Part shown: positions 56,295 through 64,000 of the stretch, piece by piece
How the letters are laid out: every line of letters starts with the position of its first letter
Numbering within the stretch: the first letter of the stretch is position 1
Assembly (NCBI GenBank): GCA_040880305.1
Contig: JBBDIP010000049.1
Coordinates: 12,676-76,675, forward strand
DNA length: 64,000 nt
Source: Bacillota bacterium
Lineage (GTDB): Bacteria > Bacillota > Sulfobacillia > Fermentithermobacillales > Fermentithermobacillaceae
Reading direction: 5' to 3'
Notes under the pieces: generated by a model
The model's input: only the letters and a program-made list of their open reading frames with translations
The model's database searches: none
What the model was told of the DNA's origin: nothing
Position numbers and translations under genes: made by a program

Positions 56295-57689
56295 TTACCT
56301 GCTTAGGATGTGGATAGGCTTGTCTTGCACGCCGTGCATCGCCTCGAGCATGGCCTCGGGGAGCGTCGGATGGGCGTGGATCATCCCCGCCACCTGCCGC
56401 GCCGTGAGTCCCGCCTTCATGGCGAGGGCGGCCTCGTGGATGAGGTCGTCAGCGTGAGGCCCAAGGATGTGGACACCCAGGATCTTGCCGGTGTCCGCCT
56501 CGCCGACCACCTTGACCAGGCCTTCGGTCTCGCCTATGGCCATAGCCCTGCCGTTGGCGCTGAACGGGAACTTGGAAACCTTCACGTTGAAGCCCTTTTC
56601 TTTGGCCTCCAGCTCCTTGAGGCCGACCGAGGCGCACTCGGGGATGGAGAAGACGCAGCCAGGGACGACCGAATAGTCCATGGTAGCCGGGTGGCCGAAG
56701 ATGTTCTCGATAGCCACGATGCCCTCGGTGGACGCCACGGGAGCGAGGAAGGTGCGGCCAACCACGTCGCCGATGGCCCAGATTCCGCTTACGTTGGTGG
56801 ACATGCGCTCGTCGGTCTTGATGCCGCGCTTGTCGAACTCGACGCCCAGCGCAGCCAGGTCGATTCCGCCGAAGAAGGGGACGCGGCCCATGGCCACGAG
56901 CACGGTGTCAGCGCGGAACTCCTGCTGGCCGCCTTCCTTGGTGTCGGCGATGAGGACCTTCTCGCCGCCCTCTTCCCTAATCTCCTTGATGTACTGCCCT
57001 CCGTGAACGGTGATGCCCTTGCGGCGCAGTATGGGCATGAGCCTGCGGGAGATCTCCTCGTCGACCGGAGGCAGGATCAGCGGTGAGCGCTTGACCATGT
57101 CGACGGTTGAACCGAACGCGTTCCAGATGCAGGCGAACTCTACGCCTAGCACCCCTCCGCCGATAACCAGCATCCGCCCTGGGACGTGGTCAAGTTCGAG
57201 GGCGTCGTCGGATGAAATGGTGTGGGCCAGGCTCTCTCTGGAAACGGGGGGCAACTGCTGGGACGAACCTGTCGCCAGGATTATGTTCTTTGTCTCGAGG
57301 ACTTCTTTGGACCCGTCCGGGTATGCGACCTCGACCTTGCCTGGAGCGGGCACGCTAGCCCAGCCGCGGTAGACAGCGACGCCGTTTCCCTTCAAGAGCA
57401 TGTCGACGCCGCCGACCAGCTGCTTCACGGTCTTTTCCTTGTGGGCCATAGCGCCTGCAAGGTTCAGTTTGACCTCGCCGGTCTCGACTCCGTATTTGCC
57501 CGCCTCTTTGGTGTTGAGGTAGGTCGTGGCTGCGTGAACCAAGGCCTTCGTGGGGATGCACCCGACATTTAGGCAGCACCCGCCGATCTTGTGGCCCTCA
57601 ACCAGCGCGATCTTGCCGCCCATCTGGGCTCCTTTGATCGCGGTCACGTACCCGCCGGGACCGCTGCCGATGACGACTGCGTCGAACAT
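56295..57689 (-). CDS. lpd: dihydrolipoyl dehydrogenase (E3 / L-protein)
   Basis: FDAVVIGSGPGGY, redox-active GGCCLNVGCIPTK, C-terminal ..HAHPTLPE.. Confidence 0.92.
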   Translation of the reverse strand: MFDAVVIGSGPGGYVTAIKGAQMGGKIALVEGHKIGGCCLNVGCIPTKALVHAATTYLNTKEAGKYGVETGEVKLNLAGAMAHKEKTVKQLVGGVDMLLKGNGVAVYRGWASVPAPGKVEVAYPDGSKEVLETKNIILATGSSQQLPPVSRESLAHTISSDDALELDHVPGRMLVIGGGVLGVEFACIWNAFGSTVDMVKRSPLILPPVDEEISRRLMPILRRKGITVHGGQYIKEIREEGGEKVLIADTKEGGQQEFRADTVLVAMGRVPFFGGIDLAALGVEFDKRGIKTDERMSTNVSGIWAIGDVVGRTFLAPVASTEGIVAIENIFGHPATMDYSVVPGCVFSIPECASVGLKELEAKEKGFNVKVSKFPFSANGRAMAIGETEGLVKVVGEADTGKILGVHILGPHADDLIHEAALAMKAGLTARQVAGMIHAHPTLPEAMLEAMHGVQDKPIHILSR

Positions 57690-57700
57690 ATCAATTCCTC

Positions 57701-58543
57701 CTAATAGAGTTCTTCCTGCTGGCGACCTCTCTCCATCGTCCAGTGGTCGTTTCCGTATTTCTCAAACGAAAGTCTCTTTGCGTCGGACTTCTCACCGGGC
57801 GAAAGCTCGCCGGGCTGAACGTCCCATCCCAGGACCGTCCGAAAGCCAAGTACCAGGTGCTCTTGGAGCTCCTCCCGGCTGACCAGGCGCCCGAGGACGT
57901 CGGACACACCCGCCGCCTTGCGCCTAAGCATCGCCTCGGTGCGCGCGGCATGCTCGGGTGAACCTGTACGAATGCAGCGCACTATCTTGGCGGCGTCAAA
58001 TGTGAACGGGATGGACCCGTGCTGAAGGATGAATCCGTTCCTGCGGCTTTGAGCCGAACCTATAATCTTCTTGTCGTCGCTCATAATCTCGTACCACGAT
58101 GGGGCCGAAAAGCAGGCGGCCTGCCTGAACCTGGGATCCCGGGACGTCACTCCGTGCTCTAGCGCGGCCAGAGATGCGGGGATCCCCATGGTCCGAAGCC
58201 CCTCTACCAACCCCTCGGACAGCCTATGGTAAGTCTCCAGGACTGAGCCGGGCAGGTCCTTCTCGGCGATGATCACGCTGTAGGTCAGTTCATCGTCATG
58301 GAGCACCGCTTTGCCACCGGTGGCCCTCCTGACCAGATCGACGCCCTCTTCGCGCAGCGACTCCGATCTCACTTCCTTCTCAACGTCCTGGAAATACCCC
58401 AGCGAGAGACAAGCGGGCTGCCACTGGTAGAACCTCAGAGTGGGGCCTGCGGCCCCGTTCTGGCACGCGCGGTGGATGGCCTCATCAACGGCCATGTTCA
58501 CCTTTCCGGTAAGGTGCCCATCGGATATCAGGCGGACCTTCAC
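57701..58543 (-). CDS. lipoate-protein ligase / octanoyltransferase family protein (LplA/LipM-like)
   Basis: Track ORF trimmed to GTG at 58543 (GGAGG 7 nt upstream). ..VRRATGGKAVLHDDELTYS.. and ..KKIIGSAQSRR.. correspond to LplA/LipB-family motifs. Confidence 0.8.
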   Translation of the reverse strand: MKVRLISDGHLTGKVNMAVDEAIHRACQNGAAGPTLRFYQWQPACLSLGYFQDVEKEVRSESLREEGVDLVRRATGGKAVLHDDELTYSVIIAEKDLPGSVLETYHRLSEGLVEGLRTMGIPASLAALEHGVTSRDPRFRQAACFSAPSWYEIMSDDKKIIGSAQSRRNGFILQHGSIPFTFDAAKIVRCIRTGSPEHAARTEAMLRRKAAGVSDVLGRLVSREELQEHLVLGFRTVLGWDVQPGELSPGEKSDAKRLSFEKYGNDHWTMERGRQQEELY

Positions 58544-58547
58544 GTTT

Positions 58548-59567
58548 CTACCTCCTTCGTGAAGAAGCGGGGCGGCCTTCAAAGGCAAGCCCCGAATCCT
58601 TTAGCGCCAGAAGCGCCTCGTCCGGATCGAGTGGACGGGGGTAGTTCATCATCACCTGTCCAGGCCTTTCGTTGTAGTAGGGCCTGTTGCAGTAGAGGCA
58701 ACCGGAGGTCTCGAACGGCCGGCCTTCCACGGCTTCCTCCAACAAGTGACCTTCAAGACCGATCCGGGAGATCCTTCCGCCCGAGAATTCGATTCCGCCG
58801 GCGTCCCCACCTTTTTTGAGGTAGTGGGCCGCCAGCTGGACGCGCCTGTAGGATGAGACGGAGGGCGGGTCCTGGCTTTCCATCGCGGTGCCCTTGACCG
58901 GGGTGAACGCGAACAGTCCGGCCGTCACCCCGGCGTCCCGAGCCTTCTCCAGGAAATTCACGGCTTCTTCCTCGGTTTCGCCCAAGCCAACTATGAGGTG
59001 AGTGGATATCCTGCCGGGCCACGATGACGCGCACTTGGCCAGCACGTCCCATGACCTCTCGAATACGCCCTCGGGTCCGCCCTTCACGCCGGAGTAGATC
59101 TTGGCCGTCGCGGCGTCCACCGGCAGTCCGACGTTGGTAGCTCCGGCATCAAAGTAAACTTTCACGCGGGCGACCGAAACAGGCGCCACCGACGCGCTGA
59201 TGAGAACCGACGGCGAAAGCGCCCGGACGCGCCTCACGAACTCCAGCGCCTGCTCTGGCGTTCCCGCACACTCGACCGTCTGCACGCAAACCCTCTTCAG
59301 AGCCCCATTGCCCAGCGCCTGCCGGAGGGGTTCTTGGATCTGCTCCCATGTAAACTCGGGCCAGGTCACCCTGGACAGGTGGTGGGGTCCGGCCGTAGCC
59401 CCGCTGGCTTGGGCGCAGAACGCGCAGTTATTGGAGCATTTTTCTCCGAAAAGAAAGTGGCCGGTAGTGGGCGTCTCTTGAAGACGCGCCCTCTTTAGGC
59501 CCAGCACGGCAGCGGTGCCGAGAGACACGCCTACCTTGTCGATCGACTTTCCGCCGTTCTCACTCAA
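58548..59567 (-). CDS. radical SAM protein, candidate LipS1/LipS2-type lipoyl synthase component
   Basis: CX3CX2C motif CSNNCAFC, additional Cys in ..TSGCLYCNRPYYN.. Adjacent to a second radical SAM gene and an LplA-like gene inside the gcv cluster. Confidence 0.6.
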   Translation of the reverse strand: MSENGGKSIDKVGVSLGTAAVLGLKRARLQETPTTGHFLFGEKCSNNCAFCAQASGATAGPHHLSRVTWPEFTWEQIQEPLRQALGNGALKRVCVQTVECAGTPEQALEFVRRVRALSPSVLISASVAPVSVARVKVYFDAGATNVGLPVDAATAKIYSGVKGGPEGVFERSWDVLAKCASSWPGRISTHLIVGLGETEEEAVNFLEKARDAGVTAGLFAFTPVKGTAMESQDPPSVSSYRRVQLAAHYLKKGGDAGGIEFSGGRISRIGLEGHLLEEAVEGRPFETSGCLYCNRPYYNERPGQVMMNYPRPLDPDEALLALKDSGLAFEGRPASSRRR

Positions 59568-60531
59568 AGGCGCAACACTCTTCTTTCTTCACAACCGAGA
59601 GGCCGAGGGACGCGGCCACCTTGAGAGACTCAGGATGTGGCAGGACGATCCTGTCGACGCCGCACCTCACGGCCATGGCGTCAACCTCCCGGCGGTATTT
59701 CCCGGCAGGCCGCATGCATCCCAGCGAGATGTCGAGTCTGGGCGCCCGCGCCCTGGTCCACGCGATGACTCTGGCTACGTCCTCGATGGACGGAGGAGGC
59801 ACGTCGGCCCAGGGTGTGTTCGCGGTGGGAATCAAAACGATGAATATGAGCCTTTCAATTCCTTCCTCAAGGAGGAAGTCCACCGCTCGGAACTCCCCTG
59901 CTATCTGCCCTTTTTTCAAACCTATCAGGATGTGAGGCACGACTTCCGCTTTCCCCTTGCGAAGGTTCCGGAATGTCTCGATGTAGTCCTGGCCTGTCCA
60001 CATCCCGTGGAAAGCTTCTTTGATAGTCTCGTCGTCGAGCACCACGTCGAAGGAGACTACCGACGCCGTCTCACCTATCTCCCTGGCCACTGAAGCCTGC
60101 GCGATCCCCGGGTGCACGTTGATCGAGAACCGGTTCCCCAGTTCCGCCTGCTTACGGGCCAATTCCTTTACTTCCCGCAGGGCGGAAAGGAGCGGAACCG
60201 CCCCCGCGAGGTCGCACCCGCCCGACAACAGGATGCTTGCGGGCTTTTTCTTGGCTATCACGTCCGGCAGGTCCTTTATGTCCAGCATGCGCTCAAGGTA
60301 GTGGCCGGCGCAATGGGAGCAATTCAGGGAGCACGCCTTACCTGTCACGCTGACTGCAACCGTCTTGGTCGGGTAGACAGCCTGGAGAGTCGGGGGCCGG
60401 CTTTGCTGCCGCGCCTTCCAGGCCAGATCAAGCAGATCGTCTAGAGCGGCTTGCTTTCGGGTATCGGGATCCACGGTTCTCCTCCCCAGACTTGTCGGGA
60501 GGAGGCGCCGCAAGGCTCCCCCTCCCGACAC
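59560..60531 (-). CDS. radical SAM protein, candidate LipS1/LipS2-type lipoyl synthase component
   Basis: CX3CX2C motif CSLNCSHC, further Cys (..LSGGCD.., ..SLGCMRP.., C-terminal EECCAFE). 8-nt overlap with the neighbouring radical SAM gene. Confidence 0.6.
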   Translation of the reverse strand: MSGGGALRRLLPTSLGRRTVDPDTRKQAALDDLLDLAWKARQQSRPPTLQAVYPTKTVAVSVTGKACSLNCSHCAGHYLERMLDIKDLPDVIAKKKPASILLSGGCDLAGAVPLLSALREVKELARKQAELGNRFSINVHPGIAQASVAREIGETASVVSFDVVLDDETIKEAFHGMWTGQDYIETFRNLRKGKAEVVPHILIGLKKGQIAGEFRAVDFLLEEGIERLIFIVLIPTANTPWADVPPPSIEDVARVIAWTRARAPRLDISLGCMRPAGKYRREVDAMAVRCGVDRIVLPHPESLKVAASLGLSVVKKEECCAFE

Positions 60532-60573
60532 ATGTCGCGGTCTAAGACCCGGCGCTATGAGGGCGCCGTCCTA

Positions 60574-62037
60574 CTAGGCTTCCTTCTTCCACCGGATCCG
60601 CGGGTTCTTAGCGGCGCCGGCTTCGTCCAGCCTCCCGACAACAGTGGTATGAGGCGCGTCGTGGAGGCTCTTGGGATCGCGGTAAGCCTCTTTGGCGATC
60701 TCAATCATGGCGTTGGCGAAGTAGTCCAGTGTGTCCTTGGACTCAGTTTCGGTCGGCTCAATCATGATCGCCTCGTCCACAATCATCGGGAAGTAGTTCG
60801 TCGGCGGATGCACGCCGTAGTCGAGGAGCCGCTTGGAGATGTCCATGGTGTGGCACCCGGTCTCCTTCTTGATCCTCTGCGGCGAGACCACGAACTCGTG
60901 CTTGTAATGCCTGTCGTAGGGCAGGTCATAGTACTCGGTTATGCGGCGCAGGATGTAGTTGGCGTTCAAAACCGCATCCTCGCTGACTTTCTTGAGCCCG
61001 TCGGGACCAAGTGACCGGATGTAGGCGTAGGCCTTGACGATGACCAGGAAGTTGCCGTAGAAGGACTTCATCTGGCCGATGGACTGGGGCCTGTTGTAAT
61101 CCAGCCAGTACTTCTGACCGTCGGACTCCACGGTGGGCACGGGCAGGAACGGGATGAGATGCTTCTTCACCCCGACCGGGCCCGAACCGGGACCGCCGCC
61201 GCCGTGGGGGGTCGAGAACGTCTTATGCAGGTTGAAGTGCATGACGTCAAAACCCATGTCGCCGGGACGGCAGATGCCCATGATCGCGTTGGCGTTGGCG
61301 CCGTCGTAGTACAATAGCCCGCCTTTGCTGTGGACTATCTTCTCGATCTTCTCGATGTTCTCATCGAAGAGGCCGAGCGTGTTGGGGTTCGTGAGCATCA
61401 GGCCGGCCACGGTCTCGTCCATGACCTGGGCGAGGGCCTCGGTGTCAACTCCGCCCCGCTTGTCGGACGGTATGGTCACCGTCTGGAAGCCGGCGAGGAC
61501 GCTGGACGCCGGGTTGGTCCCGTGCGCTGCGTCGGGGATCAGGATCTTGGTCCTCTTGTCGTCATGCCTGGACCTGTGATATGCGTGGATGATGTTGATT
61601 CCGGTGAGCTCACCGTGCGCGCCTGCGGCGGGCTGGAGAGTGAACTTGTCCATTCCGCCTATCTCGCACATATACTGCTGCATCTCGTACATCAACTGGA
61701 GCGCGCCCTGGGCGGTCTCCTCCGGAGCGTACGGGTGCACGTCGGTGAATCCGGGGAGGTTCGCGACCTCCTCGTTGATCTTCGGGCTGTACTTCATGGT
61801 GCAGGACCCAAGCGGGTAGAACCCGATGTCCACGCCGTGGTTAAGCTGCGATAGCCTTGTGAAGTGACGGATCAGGTCAACTTCGGCGACTTCCGGCAGC
61901 TCAGGCGCCACAGCCCTGAACTCACTCTTGGGCAGGTAGCTCGAAACCGGCTTATCCGGGATGCCTAGCTCCGGGAGCGAGTAAGCCTTGCGGCCTGGGC
62001 TCGATACCTCGAAGATGAGCGGCTCGAGGCGCATCAT
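60574..62037 (-). CDS. gcvPB: glycine dehydrogenase (decarboxylating) subunit 2
   Basis: ..LGSCTMKY.., PLP-Lys region ..[18 protein letters not shown].. Confidence 0.93.
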   Translation of the reverse strand: MMRLEPLIFEVSSPGRKAYSLPELGIPDKPVSSYLPKSEFRAVAPELPEVAEVDLIRHFTRLSQLNHGVDIGFYPLGSCTMKYSPKINEEVANLPGFTDVHPYAPEETAQGALQLMYEMQQYMCEIGGMDKFTLQPAAGAHGELTGINIIHAYHRSRHDDKRTKILIPDAAHGTNPASSVLAGFQTVTIPSDKRGGVDTEALAQVMDETVAGLMLTNPNTLGLFDENIEKIEKIVHSKGGLLYYDGANANAIMGICRPGDMGFDVMHFNLHKTFSTPHGGGGPGSGPVGVKKHLIPFLPVPTVESDGQKYWLDYNRPQSIGQMKSFYGNFLVIVKAYAYIRSLGPDGLKKVSEDAVLNANYILRRITEYYDLPYDRHYKHEFVVSPQRIKKETGCHTMDISKRLLDYGVHPPTNYFPMIVDEAIMIEPTETESKDTLDYFANAMIEIAKEAYRDPKSLHDAPHTTVVGRLDEAGAAKNPRIRWKKEA

Positions 62038-63371
62038 GCTAGCACCTCCAATCCCTTAACCAGCTCATCCATCTCCGCCTTGGTACGCTTCTCGGTGACG
62101 GCGATGAGCAGGTGGTTCTTGAACTCGGGGTAGGCCTTTCCAAGCGGGTAACCCGCAAGGATACCCTTTTGCAGCAGCGACTTAACGACCTTCTCGGAGT
62201 CGACCGGGCACTTCACGGCAAACTCGTTGAAGAACGGCGTGGTCCAGGCCAGGCTGTACCCCTTGAGGGATGAGATCTTCTCGGAGAGGTAGTGGGCCTT
62301 CTTCACACACTGCTCGGCCAAGTCCTTGATGCCTTGCTTGCCGAGCCAGGATAGATAGACGACCGCGGCAAGAGCGTTCAACGCCTCATTGGAGCAGATG
62401 TTCGAAGTCGCTTTGTCGCGACGGATGTGCTGCTCGCGGGTCTGGAGGGTAAGCACAAACCCTCTCTGGCCCCTGTTGTCGTTGGTCATGCCGACCAGGC
62501 GGCCGGGCATGCGACGCAGGTACTTGTCTTTGACCGCCAGGACGCCCAGGTACGGGCCGCCGAACGCCATGGGGTTGCCGAGGACTTGTCCCTCGCCCAC
62601 AACGATCTCAGCGCCGTACTCAGCGGGGGTCCGCAAGAGTCCCAGGCTTATGGGGTTGACCGCTACTATGAGGGTGGCCCCTGCCGCCTTGACCTTGGCG
62701 GAGATCTCGTCGACCGGCTCTATGTTGCCGAGGAAGTTGGGCTCCTGGATAACCACGCACCCGATCTCCTGGGAAAGCATTTTGTCCAGGGCGGCGAGAG
62801 AGGTGACCCCGTTCTCCATCGGGACCTCTTCGACCGTGATTTCGTGGCCGGCGGCGTAAGTCCTGGTGACCGCGCGGGTCTCGGGATGAACGGTGCGGGC
62901 GACTAGAGCCTTGCTCCTGCGGGTGAGACCACAGGCGATGGTCACCGATTCGGCGGCGGCCGAGGGGCCGTCGTACATGGAGGCGTTTGCGGCGTCCATG
63001 CCGGTGAGCTCGCAGATCATGGTCTGATACTCGAATATGGACTGAAGCACAGCCTGACTGACTTCAGGCTGGTAAGGCGTGTAGGCGGTATAGAACTCAG
63101 ACCGCCCGAGCACGTGGCGGACCACCGACGGAACGTAGTGGTCGTACGCGCCCGCGCCGATGAACGTGACGTACTTGGCGGCGGAGTCCTTGTCGGCGAG
63201 TTCCCTCATGAGCTTCAGAAGTTCCCACTCAGAGAGGCTCTCCGGCAACTGCATCTGCCCCTTGAGCCTAAGCGCAGGAGGGATATCGCTGAAGAGGTCG
63301 GCGATCGAACTAACGCCGATGGTCTTCAGCATCTCCGCCCTGTCTTTATCTGTGTTGGGTAGGAAGTTCAT
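62034..63371 (-). CDS. gcvPA: glycine dehydrogenase (decarboxylating) subunit 1
   Basis: [18 protein letters not shown]...LF.DIP.., ..[13 protein letters not shown].., 4-nt overlap with gcvPB. Confidence 0.93.
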   Translation of the reverse strand: MNFLPNTDKDRAEMLKTIGVSSIADLFSDIPPALRLKGQMQLPESLSEWELLKLMRELADKDSAAKYVTFIGAGAYDHYVPSVVRHVLGRSEFYTAYTPYQPEVSQAVLQSIFEYQTMICELTGMDAANASMYDGPSAAAESVTIACGLTRRSKALVARTVHPETRAVTRTYAAGHEITVEEVPMENGVTSLAALDKMLSQEIGCVVIQEPNFLGNIEPVDEISAKVKAAGATLIVAVNPISLGLLRTPAEYGAEIVVGEGQVLGNPMAFGGPYLGVLAVKDKYLRRMPGRLVGMTNDNRGQRGFVLTLQTREQHIRRDKATSNICSNEALNALAAVVYLSWLGKQGIKDLAEQCVKKAHYLSEKISSLKGYSLAWTTPFFNEFAVKCPVDSEKVVKSLLQKGILAGYPLGKAYPEFKNHLLIAVTEKRTKAEMDELVKGLEVLA

Positions 63372-63766
63372 TAGTGATGCCCGCCACCCTCAGCAGCGTG
63401 CTTCTCGTACGCCGCGACATTCATGAGCTTGGCCACATCGGCGGGATCAGAGATCTCTATGGCGCAGATCCAGCCCTCACCGTGAGGATCCTTGTTAAGA
63501 ATCTCGGGGGTGTCGGCAACCTTCTGGTTGACCTCAACGATCTTGCCGGAAACAGGGGCGTAGCAGTCGGAAACAGCCTTCACCGACTCGACGGTGGAGA
63601 AGATCTCTCCGGCCTTGACCACCCTGCCGATTTCGGGGGTCTCGACGAACACGATGTCGCCGAGCTGGTCCTGGGCATAGTTGGTGATACCGACGTACGC
63701 CTTTTTGCCCTCGACCTTCGCGTACTCATGGGTCTGGGTGTACTTCAGGTTCGCAGGATATGTCAT
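63371..63766 (-). CDS. gcvH: glycine cleavage system H protein
   Basis: ..YT..HEY........VGIT.YAQ..LGDIVFVE.PE.G..V......VESVKAVSD.. with the lipoyl-Lys. Confidence 0.93.
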   Translation of the reverse strand: MTYPANLKYTQTHEYAKVEGKKAYVGITNYAQDQLGDIVFVETPEIGRVVKAGEIFSTVESVKAVSDCYAPVSGKIVEVNQKVADTPEILNKDPHGEGWICAIEISDPADVAKLMNVAAYEKHAAEGGGHH

Positions 63767-64000
63767 TTCTTTTTACCCTCCCTCTTGTAGAACGGCATCT
63801 TGACTACTTCCGCGAGGTACTTCTTGCCGCGGATCTCTACCCTGACCTTCGTGCCGACCGGACTCAGGTCCACGGGCACGAACGCCATTGCCAGGTACTT
63901 GTCGAGCGTTGGGGCATAAGAGCCGGTGGTGACGTAACCTATCTCCGTGCAGCCGCACTCGCTGAACACCTTGTAGCCGGTCCTGGGCACGCCCTTCTCG
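63763..64000 (-). CDS. gcvT: aminomethyltransferase (T-protein), C-terminal part; 5' end outside the window
   Basis: ..GYVTTGSYAPTLDKYLAMAFVP......GT.V.VEIRGKKY.AEVVKMPFY... The frame is open to the window edge. Confidence 0.85.
   Translation of the reverse strand, partial: EKGVPRTGYKVFSECGCTEIGYVTTGSYAPTLDKYLAMAFVPVDLSPVGTKVRVEIRGKKYLAEVVKMPFYKREGKKK

Overview
GC-rich (by eye, not computed) chromosomal segment of an endospore-forming Firmicute with Clostridia-like gene content. About 75 genes, all on the minus strand except three. The large-scale order parallels the Bacillus subtilis region gcv - efp - spoIIIA - asp23 - nusB - xseAB - ispA - dxs - argR - recN - spoIVB - spo0A - bkd - spoIIM - xerD - spoIIA - spoVA - scpAB. 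Recognised blocks: spmAB, an alpha/beta SASP, Ku plus split LigD (NHEJ), ytfIJ, scpAB, an M50 protease and HtrA, spoVAC-AD-AE, sigF-spoIIAB-spoIIAA, dacF, xerD, ald, spoIIM. A sigma-54/BkdR-type branched-chain amino-acid operon uses a four-subunit 2-oxoacid:ferredoxin oxidoreductase. Further blocks: spo0A, spoIVB, recN, argR, nadK, dxs, ispA, xseAB, nfnAB, nusB, the Asp23 cluster, the full spoIIIAA-AH operon, mazEF, efp and pepP. A glycine-cleavage super-operon (gcvT-H-PA-PB, two radical-SAM genes, lplA/lipM-like, lpd, glyA) closes the window. No tRNA, rRNA, CRISPR array or transposase was recognised. Most notable observations: (1) a 970-nt non-coding gap between ispA and a small membrane protein upstream of dxs, which matches the published context of OLE RNA/OapA; (2) nine degenerate repeats at about 31-bp phasing between ispA and that RNA candidate, so far unexplained; (3) 2.8 tandem 115-bp units downstream of glyA, each carrying three 7-bp-stem hairpins, next to twelve related 12-bp repeats that start at the glyA stop; (4) a butyrate-kinase paralog with substituted motif histidines plus a P-loop NTPase inside the bkd-like operon; (5) a LipS1/LipS2-type radical-SAM pair in the gcv cluster; (6) a small island (mazEF, DUF1657, plus-strand divergent M1-like peptidase) interrupting the efp-spoIIIA synteny. 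ORF coordinates come from the supplied track. Trimmed starts were computed from residue counts. Coordinates of non-coding elements were counted by eye and anchored on track ORF ends.
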